A stretch of DNA of 32,000 bases. Source: Nitrososphaera viennensis EN76. Lineage in GTDB: Archaea; Thermoproteota; Nitrososphaeria; Nitrososphaerales; Nitrososphaeraceae. The DNA is taken from positions 600,001 to 632,000 of the forward strand of contig NZ_CP007536.1 in the NCBI RefSeq assembly GCF_000698785.1. The letters are read 5' to 3'. The position numbers and the translations under genes are program-made. The stretch's first letter is position 1; each line of letters starts with the position of its first letter. Below, piece after piece: positions 1-7,322 of the stretch. The notes beneath the pieces were generated by a model. The model was not told where the DNA came from, did not search any database, and worked only from the letters and a program-made list of their open reading frames with translations.

Positions 1-215
1 TCAACGTTTTTCCATACGACAGTGCTTCCGTCACGGACTACGAGCCTTTCTGGCGAGAACCCATCGTCGGTAACCTTGATGTAGCAAATATCGGCGTTGC
101 ACGTTTCCGCCCTTTGAGTCTCCTGGGCAAATGTCAGAGGAGAACTGCCGGCTAAAAAGAAGAGCACGACAAGCGGCGGCAGCCAATATCCCTGGCGCAG
201 GAATTTTGTCTGCAT
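1..215 (-). CDS. Cupredoxin (plastocyanin-like blue-copper) protein, N-terminal part; gene runs off the left edge
   Basis: My own minus-strand translation from the ATG at 215 gives MQTKFLRQGYWLPPLVVLFFLAGSSPLTFAQETQRAETCNADICYIKVTDDGFSPERLVVRDGSTVVWKNV. It has a signal-peptide-like hydrophobic segment, then the F-S-P..L.V..G.TV.W.N strand pattern typical of cupredoxin domains. The frame is open to position 1. It is absent from the ORF track because there is no stop in the window. Confidence 0.6.
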   Translation of the reverse strand, partial: MQTKFLRQGYWLPPLVVLFFLAGSSPLTFAQETQRAETCNADICYIKVTDDGFSPERLVVRDGSTVVWKNV

Positions 216-379
216 GGTTACAGAGGTTTTACGATGATATATATCCGATCTGAAAAAGGATTCTGTAAAGTTTGTAGACATAACGGTGCATGTATCATTT
301 ATACATGTGTGACTTGTCAGTAGCTTTCAGCTGCTGCATCCACAGCAACAAAAACAGAGCCGGAAAAAGTTTTTGCGGC

Positions 380-676
380 TCACTCTGTAAACGCGATGCT
401 CCTCTCGCTGAGGAACCTGAGCCAGCCGCTCATGGTGAGCCCGTCAAACACGTCGAGGTACCGCCCGTCCTGTATGTTCTCTTCAAGGTCAAAGTCAAAG
501 CCGCCGCTCTTTTTGTGCCTCACGTAGTTAAAGCGGGCGTCAAGGCCCCTGCTCTGGAGGCTTGCGTTGAGGTAGTCGCAAAAAGCAGCCTCGTCGGGCG
601 TCATCATCATGCTGCCGCTGTTGCCTTGCACGTGTTCCAGTGTTGCAGTCATGGCAACTCCCGTCAAACTTGGCAT
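380..676 (-). CDS. Hypothetical protein (98 aa)
   Basis: ORF track. It has a balanced acidic/aromatic composition (FDFDLEENIQDGRYLDVFDGL), unlike the Arg/Cys/His-rich antisense ORF 290..943. No family recognised. Internal Met starts are possible. Confidence 0.5.
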   Translation of the reverse strand: MPSLTGVAMTATLEHVQGNSGSMMMTPDEAAFCDYLNASLQSRGLDARFNYVRHKKSGGFDFDLEENIQDGRYLDVFDGLTMSGWLRFLSERSIAFTE

Positions 677-749
677 TTAGTAAGGCGTGTCAAGAAATCT
701 TTACAGGCGGCAGAGCATTGCTTCTTCTTGTGTCGTTGCTGGCGCCTCT

Positions 750-941
750 CTAGTGCGCCACGGTTATTGCGCCCTCTTTCTCGACAGCAGAAGAAGAAGC
801 CCTGCCGGCCGGGGCAAAGAGGTCAAGCTCCTGTAGGATGCCGTAGGTGTCCCTGCATTCGTCGCACTTGCACCTGCGGGGCGGTTCGTTTGCTCTCATG
901 CACTTGGTATGGATTGCCTGCGATAAAAGGCAGCTCAACAT
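750..941 (-). CDS. Small Cys-rich hypothetical protein (possible zinc-binding knuckle)
   Basis: ORF track, 63 aa, with the pattern H-x2-C-x9-C-x-C-x2-C (HTKCMRANEPPRRCKCDEC). It competes with small plus-strand ORFs in the same region, so coding status is uncertain. Confidence 0.3.
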   Translation of the reverse strand: MLSCLLSQAIHTKCMRANEPPRRCKCDECRDTYGILQELDLFAPAGRASSSAVEKEGAITVAH

Positions 942-965
942 AGATCCATATCCAGAGCTAGCTGA

Positions 966-978
966 ATATTGGATAAAT
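966..978 (+). repeat. 13-nt direct repeat copy 1 (ATATTGGATAAAT)
   Basis: Identical 13-mer at 966-978 and 1315-1327. Confidence 0.8.
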
Positions 979-1314
979 GATCTTTGGCCGATCTACATGG
1001 ATCGCTTGCCTGCGGCCTGCAAAGAAGAAGAATGATGCATGACTTCGCAGTCCCCGGAGCAAAAATGCAAGACCCTGCGGCCCCTTTTTACCATTATCGG
1101 GCTGTCGCACGGCTGGCCGCACGTCGCGCAGTTTGCCATGCAAGAAATCCGCGGTGCGAGTATTTTTGCGTTTTACGATGTGCAATAAGAATATTATAAT
1201 AATAATCAGGCCCTACTCATCCATGATTTTCGGGCCCGAATGCACGTGACGTACAGTAGGGGTTGGCTGTAGCATATATTCCGAATACTTATTATAAAAA
1301 GTTTCTTGTTATGG

Positions 1315-1336
1315 ATATTGGATAAATAATTATCCA
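1315..1336 (+). promoter_or_regulatory. 13-nt repeat copy 2 overlapping a 7-4-7 palindrome (TGGATAA-ATAA-TTATCCA)
   Basis: ATATTGGATAAAT at 1315-1327. Perfect inverted arms TGGATAA (1319-1325) and TTATCCA (1330-1336). It lies about 65-85 nt upstream of the TTG start of the 1400..2692 membrane-protein gene. Confidence 0.5.
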
Positions 1337-1399
1337 TTACTAGTTATAGTAGAAACATCTGCAAACAACATATACCTCTCGCAGGATTTTTTCTGCGCC

Positions 1400-2692
1400 T
1401 TGGCCGGCCTTGAACTTGGTGCGAACAACAATAATAATAGCAGCACAGTCAGCAGGCCGTTTGTCGTTTCTGCGGTAGTGCTTGCGTTTGCCGGCTCGCT
1501 TGTAGGCTCGGTCTGGATGATGGCGCTTTTTGGCGTGCAGGCAGGCGGCACCTACATGGCGTTTCCGCTGCACAGGGCGCTGCAGATAGACGGTTTTCTC
1601 ACCGTGCTCATCATGGGCATAGGCTACATGATAGTCCCGCGCTTTAGAAACTCCACGCTGCCATCCACAAAGCTTGCGTACGTTTCTCTTGCCCTTGTAC
1701 TTGCGTCAATCGCCCTGTCTGTCGCGTCCACGGTGTCGCCGGGAAGCGACGACGACAACATGCAGGCGCTTTCAAGCGCCGCAAGGCTTGCAGGGGTTGC
1801 CATCTTTTCAGGCATGGTGTTCTGGATGCTGCGCATCCGGCCCAGGCTGCTTGGCCTTGCAGACTATTTCATCGGCCTTTCGGTGGCGACGCTCCTTGTG
1901 CTTGGCGTGATCAGGATGTCAGGGGCAGAGGTGGCAAGCGCGCTGTCCGAGGTCCAGGTGCTTTTGCTCTTTCCACTCCTGATGATCTTTGGGGTAGAGT
2001 ACAAGACAATGCCTTCTTTTCTTGGATTCATCAGGCCCCGGAAAAAGGCAGCCATGGCGTCGTTTGCGCTTGCGGTAGCTGCCGCGGCGCTTGGCATACC
2101 CTCCGCGCTTTTGGATTCTGCCCCGCTGTCCGCGGCGTTCAACGCGGCCCTGCTTGGCAGCGCCGCAGCTTTTGCCCACTCGCTTTATGTCTTTGGCGGG
2201 TTTGACAACAGCGAGATCCTGCGGTTGATAAGCGGAGAGAAAAAAGCGCGCTATACCTACACGATGGCGTACTCCAGGCTGTCTTTTCTGTTCCTGTACG
2301 CAGGAATTGCCTTTGCAGCAGCATTTTTCAGCGCGCCATCATCAGACCTTTCCTACATTTCGTACGACCTTGCAATCCATCTCACCGCAATAGGCTTTAT
2401 CGGGACGACGATCGCGCTCTACCTCCCCCTGATGCTGCCGGCGATAACAGGCAGGCAGGTACGTTTTGCAAGCTTTAGCCACGCGCCGGTGCTCCTGCTT
2501 GTAGCTGCCCTGGCGGTGCGGGCGGCAGGCGACGCCGCGCTCACCTACGGATTGCTGCTGCAGCCGCTTTCGTACCTGCTGATGGCGTCCGGCTGGATGG
2601 TTGTGACTGCGCTTGCCGCGTTTATCGTCATGGTCCGCAGGTCGATGAAGAAAGGGACAGCAGCCACAAACATTGACGCAAGCATCACGTGA
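1400..2692 (+). CDS. Polytopic membrane protein, tentatively NnrS-like
   Basis: 430 aa with about 12 hydrophobic segments. The segments LHRALQIDGFLTVLIMGIGYMIVPRF and IHLTAIGFIGTTIALYLPLMLPAITGR resemble, from memory, the His-containing helices of NnrS and haem-copper-oxidase-like proteins. TTG start at 1400 with the TATA-like acatatacc at 1366-1374. Confidence 0.7.
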   Translation: MAGLELGANNNNNSSTVSRPFVVSAVVLAFAGSLVGSVWMMALFGVQAGGTYMAFPLHRALQIDGFLTVLIMGIGYMIVPRFRNSTLPSTKLAYVSLALVLASIALSVASTVSPGSDDDNMQALSSAARLAGVAIFSGMVFWMLRIRPRLLGLADYFIGLSVATLLVLGVIRMSGAEVASALSEVQVLLLFPLLMIFGVEYKTMPSFLGFIRPRKKAAMASFALAVAAAALGIPSALLDSAPLSAAFNAALLGSAAAFAHSLYVFGGFDNSEILRLISGEKKARYTYTMAYSRLSFLFLYAGIAFAAAFFSAPSSDLSYISYDLAIHLTAIGFIGTTIALYLPLMLPAITGRQVRFASFSHAPVLLLVAALAVRAAGDAALTYGLLLQPLSYLLMASGWMVVTALAAFIVMVRRSMKKGTAATNIDASIT

Positions 2693-2769
2693 AGAAGAAT
2701 AGAGGAGTCTTCTGTACGATGCCACCGTCCTAGTTTTTATGTCGCGGAGAAAAAGAAAACGCAAGTCGT

Positions 2770-2967
2770 ATGAGCAGCATCAAGTACAAAGTCAATCATA
2801 ACCCAATAACATACGACCACCGGACAAAGATGTACCAGGTGGGCAACAGAGTCTTTGAAACCTACCAAGACGCAAGGGCCAACCAGTGGCAGTGCGACAA
2901 GTGCACAGAGGCGTTCTTTAGTTTTAAGGAATTGCGATTGCACAAGAACAAGGCCCACGCATACTAA
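2770..2967 (+). CDS. Small C2H2 zinc-finger protein (65 aa)
   Basis: The C-terminal CDKCTEAFFSFKELRLHKNKAH equals C-x2-C-x12-H-x4-H, with hydrophobic F/L at the classical positions. ATG at 2770 lies about 30 nt downstream of the TATA-like tagtttttatg. Confidence 0.7.
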   Translation: MSSIKYKVNHNPITYDHRTKMYQVGNRVFETYQDARANQWQCDKCTEAFFSFKELRLHKNKAHAY

Positions 2968-3018
2968 CTAGATTTGCAGGAGAGGTGTTTTGTTGTTGAG
3001 CCACGCGGCTCATCCATA

Positions 3019-3027
3019 ATTTATAAT
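3019..3027 (+). promoter_or_regulatory. TATA-like box upstream of tRNA-Pro
   Basis: atttataat is centred about 35 nt upstream of the tRNA 5' end at 3058. Confidence 0.4.
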
Positions 3028-3057
3028 ACGGAAGCCGGCCACTGAATCTGAATTTCT

Positions 3058-3134
3058 GGGGCCGTTGTCTAGCTTGGCAGGATGCCAGCCTCGGGCGCTG
3101 GAGGTCGCTGGTTCGAATCCGGCCGGCCCCACCA
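3058..3134 (+). tRNA. tRNA-Pro (anticodon CGG), CCA encoded
   Basis: Hand-folded cloverleaf. Acceptor GGGGCCG/CGGCCCC. D arm GTCT..GGAT. Anticodon arm CCAGC-CTCGGGC-GCTGG (anticodon CGG, G37). T arm GCTGG-TTCGAAT-CCGGC. Discriminator A, then CCA at 3132-3134. Confidence 0.9.
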
Positions 3135-3231
3135 TTCTCATTGGGTATAGATGACGGTCATGATTTTTCTGATTTTACGCTGATTGACGAGGCATGATAA
3201 AAACGCACGGCTTTACCCTGCCAATAAGCAA

Positions 3232-3459
3232 TCACCATGGCTGACAGATTTGATGATGCAAAGAAAGTGGTTTTGTGACACTGTGTTGCGTTAGAAAGTC
3301 CATAACAACGGATTTAGCGTCTTGGTGATGGCCTAAAAGCACATGGCCTCCACTGTCAAATTCAACATGCTGGGCATTAGGAATATTCTCTGCAGCATAC
3401 AGGCTATGAGATGGATCGACCAGAGTATCATCTTTGGCATGAACAACTAGCGTCGGCAC
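3232..3459 (-). pseudogene. C-terminal remnant of an alpha/beta-hydrolase gene
   Basis: The 75-aa ORF PTLVVHAKDDTLVDPSHSLYAAENIPNAQHVEFDSGGHVLL matches only the last about 60 residues of alpha/beta hydrolases (catalytic Asp strand and His loop). The nucleophile-elbow (GxSxG) half is missing. An in-frame TAA lies 5 codons upstream of the nominal GTG start, followed immediately by the promoter of the next gene. Confidence 0.6.
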
Positions 3460-3519
3460 GCTGCCGGATTCTTAAATATCTCTGTCGCAAAAAGTTACGC
3501 AGGTAGGGGTAGGCAGATA

Positions 3520-4611
3520 ATGCCCGGATCGGCCAGAACCTATTCAGCAATAGCTGGAATAGCAGTGACGGCTGTAGCTGTGGCCATTTTCGTCGTGCTA
3601 ATTATTCCTGCTTTATCGCAACAACAACAGCAGCAGAATCCTTCCGACCAACAACGAAAATCATCGCTAAAGGTAGCCGTGGTGACCGATGCTTTGTTCA
3701 GCGACAGGGGATGGGGAGAATCCTCCCTAAACGCAGCCAAGCAAATAGAGCGCAAATATGGCTTTGAAGTTGCAACACAGGATAATGTCGAAATACCAGA
3801 CATCGAATCTGTGCTGGAAAAATACGCTGATGCAGGCTATGATTTGATAATCGCGCATGGTGTCCAGTGGGGAGAGCCAGCTTTGAGCGTCGGCAGGCAG
3901 CATCCAGATGTCAAGATTGTAGTTTTCGCTGGACTTGTTAAATCAGAAAATGTGGCGTCAATCTTTCCTATGCAGCAAGAGGGCTCCTTTTTGCTTGGAG
4001 CAATCGCAGGCATGATGACAAAAACCAACGTCATAGGCTACGTAGGGGGAGAAGAATACCCAAGCGTAATCAATATTCTTGAAGGGTACAAGCAGGGCGC
4101 CAAGACAGTAAATCCGGATGTCCGGATAATCTGGACTTACCTCAATGACTGGGACAATCCGGCCAAAGGCAAAGAAGCCGCGACCTCCATAATCAGGCAG
4201 AAGGCAGACGTCATATTTCACGTTGCAGACACTTCGGGCCACGGGGTAATACAGGCCGCCAAGGAGAATGGCGGCGTGTACGCGCTTGGGGCAGTGCAGG
4301 ACCAGAACTCGCTGGCACCAGATACCGTCCTTTCGTCCTTTATACTCGATGTAGACAAGGCATACGATCAGGCTGTCGACTCTGTTGTAAAGGGCGATTT
4401 CAAAGGCGAGATATACAAATCGGGAATTGAAACAGGAAAGGGAGCTCCGGGAGACGGCATCGTCTATCTGGCGCCGTTTCACGGATTGAAAGACAAAGTG
4501 CCTGAAAACGTGAATGCGAGATTGCAAGAGCTGCTCGCAGATGTGCTTGAAAAAAGATTGGTCGTTCCAGAAAGACTCGAAGAGACTACCACTGTGGCGG
4601 GTCGAATCTAG
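3520..4611 (+). CDS. BMP-family (Med/PnrA-like) substrate-binding protein, N-terminally membrane anchored
   Basis: 363 aa. N-terminal TM helix, then a Gln-rich linker (QQQQQQN). Followed by LKVAVVTDALFSDRGWGESSLNAAKQIERKYG...YDLIIAHGVQWGE...IGYVGGEEYPSVINILEGYKQGAK, typical of the basic-membrane-protein periplasmic-binding fold. No permease or ATPase genes are adjacent. Confidence 0.8.
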   Translation: MPGSARTYSAIAGIAVTAVAVAIFVVLIIPALSQQQQQQNPSDQQRKSSLKVAVVTDALFSDRGWGESSLNAAKQIERKYGFEVATQDNVEIPDIESVLEKYADAGYDLIIAHGVQWGEPALSVGRQHPDVKIVVFAGLVKSENVASIFPMQQEGSFLLGAIAGMMTKTNVIGYVGGEEYPSVINILEGYKQGAKTVNPDVRIIWTYLNDWDNPAKGKEAATSIIRQKADVIFHVADTSGHGVIQAAKENGGVYALGAVQDQNSLAPDTVLSSFILDVDKAYDQAVDSVVKGDFKGEIYKSGIETGKGAPGDGIVYLAPFHGLKDKVPENVNARLQELLADVLEKRLVVPERLEETTTVAGRI

Positions 4612-4751
4612 AGAAAAGATTTGCACCATGCACTGCTACTTCCACTATTATAATGCATCATCATAGTAACGCGCACAATAGAATCCTGTCAATCCGGCAA
4701 TTTGGAGATGCCGTATCATCCAGCAGCTTTTCAGAATTCGTGACATAGAAT

Positions 4752-6740
4752 GTGACAGTGACTCTTATGTATTTGAGACGCAGCCTAACGAATATGCCCT
4801 TGAATAAGATATTTTCAAGGAAAAACGTAGCTTTGGTTATCTTGATTGTCGCTGTTGCCGTTTCCCTCTCCGCTTTGTCATATCAACAGTCATCGCATAT
4901 TTCGCGGCAAATAGAGCAAATGTCTGTTAACGACATCAGGTCGAACGCAGACATTCAGACGTACGACCTGGCAAACCTGGTTTCAAGCGAAATAAGCCAT
5001 GTTCAAAGCGTCCTGCAGATGCTTTCAAAGTCTCCACTGATACAGGATGGCGACTTTGAAAAGGCAAAAGAAACGCTCAACCAGGCAGAGGATTCCACGA
5101 GCGAAATAGTTGACTTTTACATGTGGCTTGACAGGGATGGCAAGCTGGTATGGGTAAGCAAAATGAACCAGACCGCCTACGAGCAGTACAAGGACTTTGA
5201 TCTCAGTTACAGGTTATACTTCATCAATCCCAAGGACACGCGCGAGGTCTATTACAGCAGCGTGATTGATTCCAATGACCGCATTCCCAGATTGTACATA
5301 TCGTGTCCCATACTGAGCAAAGAAGGAGAAGGAGAAGCAGCAGCATCTGCCGCTCCCTCTGTCACTTCAAGCTCCAGTGCCAGTGGCAGCGGCGGAAATA
5401 ATGTTACGCAGGGACAACAACAATTTGAAGGGATAATCGTTGCAGGAATCAGGACAGACATTTTTGGCAGGTTCCTGAAAGGACAGATCTCGCCAAACCT
5501 CCAAAGCCAAGTCGGATTGCTGGATAACAGAGGGATCATCCTGTATTCCAACCATACGGAATACATGGGTAAGAATGTCTTTGGTTTCCAGTTCCAGTCG
5601 TTTCTTGACGAGTTTGATGCAGAGACGGTGAGGGCGATGAATGACGGGCTCAAGGCAGCCCTTGGTGGAAACTCGGGCTCAAGGGACATCAGGATAAGCG
5701 ACAGCAATGATGATGATGGTGGTGGTGCTGGCGATGCAGCGACGTTTGTGTACAAGCCCATCATCTTGGACGGAAAGCAGTTTGGAGCCCTTTACGTCAT
5801 AGCTTCTTACGCGCAGGTGTCTGACGCGGCGGCGCTGGTCAATTTGCAACAGAATCTTTCCACAGGCACAATCGGAGTCATTGGAGCTTCGGCGCTTGGA
5901 ATAATATTTGCCATTCTTTTATGGAATAGAAGGCTAGAAGAGACCGTAAGTGCAAGGACTGCCGAGCTAAAGGCAGCAAACGAACAGCTAAAAGCACATG
6001 ACAAGATGCAATCCGAATTTGTCAACATTGCTGCGCACGAGCTGAGGACGCCCATTCAGCCCATCATCGGCACGATTGACATGCTAAAACACAGGCTTGA
6101 TAGTAGCAGCAGCAACAAGAGCAAAGGCAGAGTGGTACAAGTGACAGAAGAGCAGCTTGCATTGATGGATAGAAATGCCAGGCGGCTTCAGAAACTATCC
6201 GCAGAGATCCTGGATGCGACAAGAATTGAAAGCGGCACGCTCCGGCTGGACCAAGAAGTGATTGACATCAATGAAAAAGTTGAAAGTGTTATTGCAGACG
6301 CCAAGAGCCTGATTCCCCAAGGCCAAAGCATAGACATACAGTTCAAGCCTGCTGTTGACGAACGGGGCAACCCTGTCCAGTTGCTTGTCATGGCCGACAA
6401 GCTAAGAATGTTTGAAGTCATTTCAAACCTTGTCAGAAACGCAATCAAGTATTCAGCCGAGGACGGAGGAACCATCACAATTGCAACCGACAAGAGGGAC
6501 GGCCAGGTGGTGGTATCGGTCAGAGACCAGGGAGCTGGAATAAGTGCAGAGATGTTTACCAGGCTGTTCACAAAGTTTTCAACCGACAAGAAAAAGGGAG
6601 GCACGGGCCTTGGCCTCTTCATTGCAAAAAACATTGTCGAGGCTCATGGCGGCAGGATATGGGCGGAGAACAACAACAGCAGGGGTGAAAAAGGAGCAAG
6701 AGGAGCAACTTTTGCATTTACTTTGCCCATGGACAAATAG
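4752..6740 (+). CDS. Sensor histidine kinase with extracytoplasmic Cache-like domain
   Basis: 662 aa: TM1, a roughly 330-aa extracellular region with Cache-like pattern, TM2, and a coiled coil. H-box FVNIAAHELRTPIQPI, N-box ISNLVRNAIKYS, G-boxes VRDQGAGIS and GGTGLGLFIAKNIVEAHGGRIW. The start is uncertain (GTG 4752, ATG 4767 or ATG 4794). Confidence 0.9.
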   Translation: MTVTLMYLRRSLTNMPLNKIFSRKNVALVILIVAVAVSLSALSYQQSSHISRQIEQMSVNDIRSNADIQTYDLANLVSSEISHVQSVLQMLSKSPLIQDGDFEKAKETLNQAEDSTSEIVDFYMWLDRDGKLVWVSKMNQTAYEQYKDFDLSYRLYFINPKDTREVYYSSVIDSNDRIPRLYISCPILSKEGEGEAAASAAPSVTSSSSASGSGGNNVTQGQQQFEGIIVAGIRTDIFGRFLKGQISPNLQSQVGLLDNRGIILYSNHTEYMGKNVFGFQFQSFLDEFDAETVRAMNDGLKAALGGNSGSRDIRISDSNDDDGGGAGDAATFVYKPIILDGKQFGALYVIASYAQVSDAAALVNLQQNLSTGTIGVIGASALGIIFAILLWNRRLEETVSARTAELKAANEQLKAHDKMQSEFVNIAAHELRTPIQPIIGTIDMLKHRLDSSSSNKSKGRVVQVTEEQLALMDRNARRLQKLSAEILDATRIESGTLRLDQEVIDINEKVESVIADAKSLIPQGQSIDIQFKPAVDERGNPVQLLVMADKLRMFEVISNLVRNAIKYSAEDGGTITIATDKRDGQVVVSVRDQGAGISAEMFTRLFTKFSTDKKKGGTGLGLFIAKNIVEAHGGRIWAENNNSRGEKGARGATFAFTLPMDK

Positions 6741-6760
6741 CAGCAGGCAAGCATTCTTGG

Positions 6761-6796
6761 AAAGAAGAAAAAATTCTTTGTTGTGCAATGCTTTTT
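6761..6796 (+). terminator. Putative terminator after the kinase gene
   Basis: AU-rich hairpin AAAGAA(6761-6766)/TTCTTT(6774-6779), followed by a T5 run at 6792-6796, about 20-55 nt after the stop at 6738-6740. Confidence 0.4.
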
Positions 6797-6884
6797 CCCA
6801 AATACTGAAAGATCCAAAAGACGGATATTTAATATCAAGAAGCACGAGTATATACTGCTGCAATAACCTAGGTTGTTTTTCGAC

Positions 6885-7271
6885 ATGGAGCAATCAGGCA
6901 CCAAGAGCATCCTGATAGTAGATGACGAGAGGGATATCCTGACGGTGATCGAGCAGATGCTCGAAGAATTAAACATGACCGTGGATTCGTTCACCGATCC
7001 GAAAAAGGCACTGGAGTCTTTCCGGATAAACCCCACAAAATATGATCTGATAATCTCGGACTTTCGCATGCCGCAGATGTCTGGCCTTGATTTTATCTAC
7101 AACATCAGGCAGCTTAACCCGACAGTGAATGTTGTTGTAATGTCGGCATTTGATCCCACCAAGGGAGAGATAGATTCTGCTAAAAGCCAATTAAGAGTCA
7201 GCGAAATAATAACAAAGCCGTTCAATTTCGCACAATTCTTGAACGTCGTTCGAAGGAATCTGGGCCCATAA
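6885..7271 (+). CDS. Stand-alone response-regulator receiver (CheY-like) protein
   Basis: ILIVDDERD, phospho-acceptor context DLIISDFRMPQMSG, VVVMSAF and ITKPF are the receiver-domain signatures. There is no output domain. ATG 6885 is preferred (TATA-like tatatactg at 6849-6857); the ORF track starts at TTG 6873. Confidence 0.85.
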   Translation: MEQSGTKSILIVDDERDILTVIEQMLEELNMTVDSFTDPKKALESFRINPTKYDLIISDFRMPQMSGLDFIYNIRQLNPTVNVVVMSAFDPTKGEIDSAKSQLRVSEIITKPFNFAQFLNVVRRNLGP

Positions 7272-7322
7272 TTGTAAAGCCGGTTGGCAGCATGACAGAA
7301 CGCGACTGATAAGCTACTACTG

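Noticed and set aside
290-943. 217-aa plus-strand ORF spanning the region of the two minus-strand ORFs
   Set aside because: Arg/Cys/His/Ala-rich, low-complexity translation typical of a shadow ORF in GC-rich DNA. The antisense 380..676 ORF has normal protein-like composition.
942-1199. Small plus-strand ORFs (898..1035 ending …YWINDLWPIYMDRLPAACKEEE; 1035..1199 with a C/H-rich tail) and minus-strand ORF 958..1185
   Set aside because: They are mutually overlapping candidates of 45-75 aa with no family signal, and I cannot decide coding status from sequence alone. The region is treated instead as motif-rich non-coding or uncertain.
3135-3231. ATGACGG…CTGA…CTGA pattern just after tRNA-Pro as a possible C/D-box sRNA
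   Set aside because: The C box is non-canonical (ATGACGG), and the spacing between the two CTGA elements (7 nt) is too short for a C'/D' unit.
3958-4629. 223-aa minus-strand ORF
   Set aside because: It is antisense to the BMP-family gene, whose family motifs are clear. The composition is atypical (many Cys, Phe, Tyr, His), so it is a shadow ORF.
7272-7322. Possible attR-like repeat of the tRNA-Pro 3' end at the right border of the low-GC segment (aagccggttggcagc versus aatccggccggcccc)
   Set aside because: Only about 10 of 15 positions match, which is not distinguishable from chance by eye. It is kept only as something an alignment could re-test.
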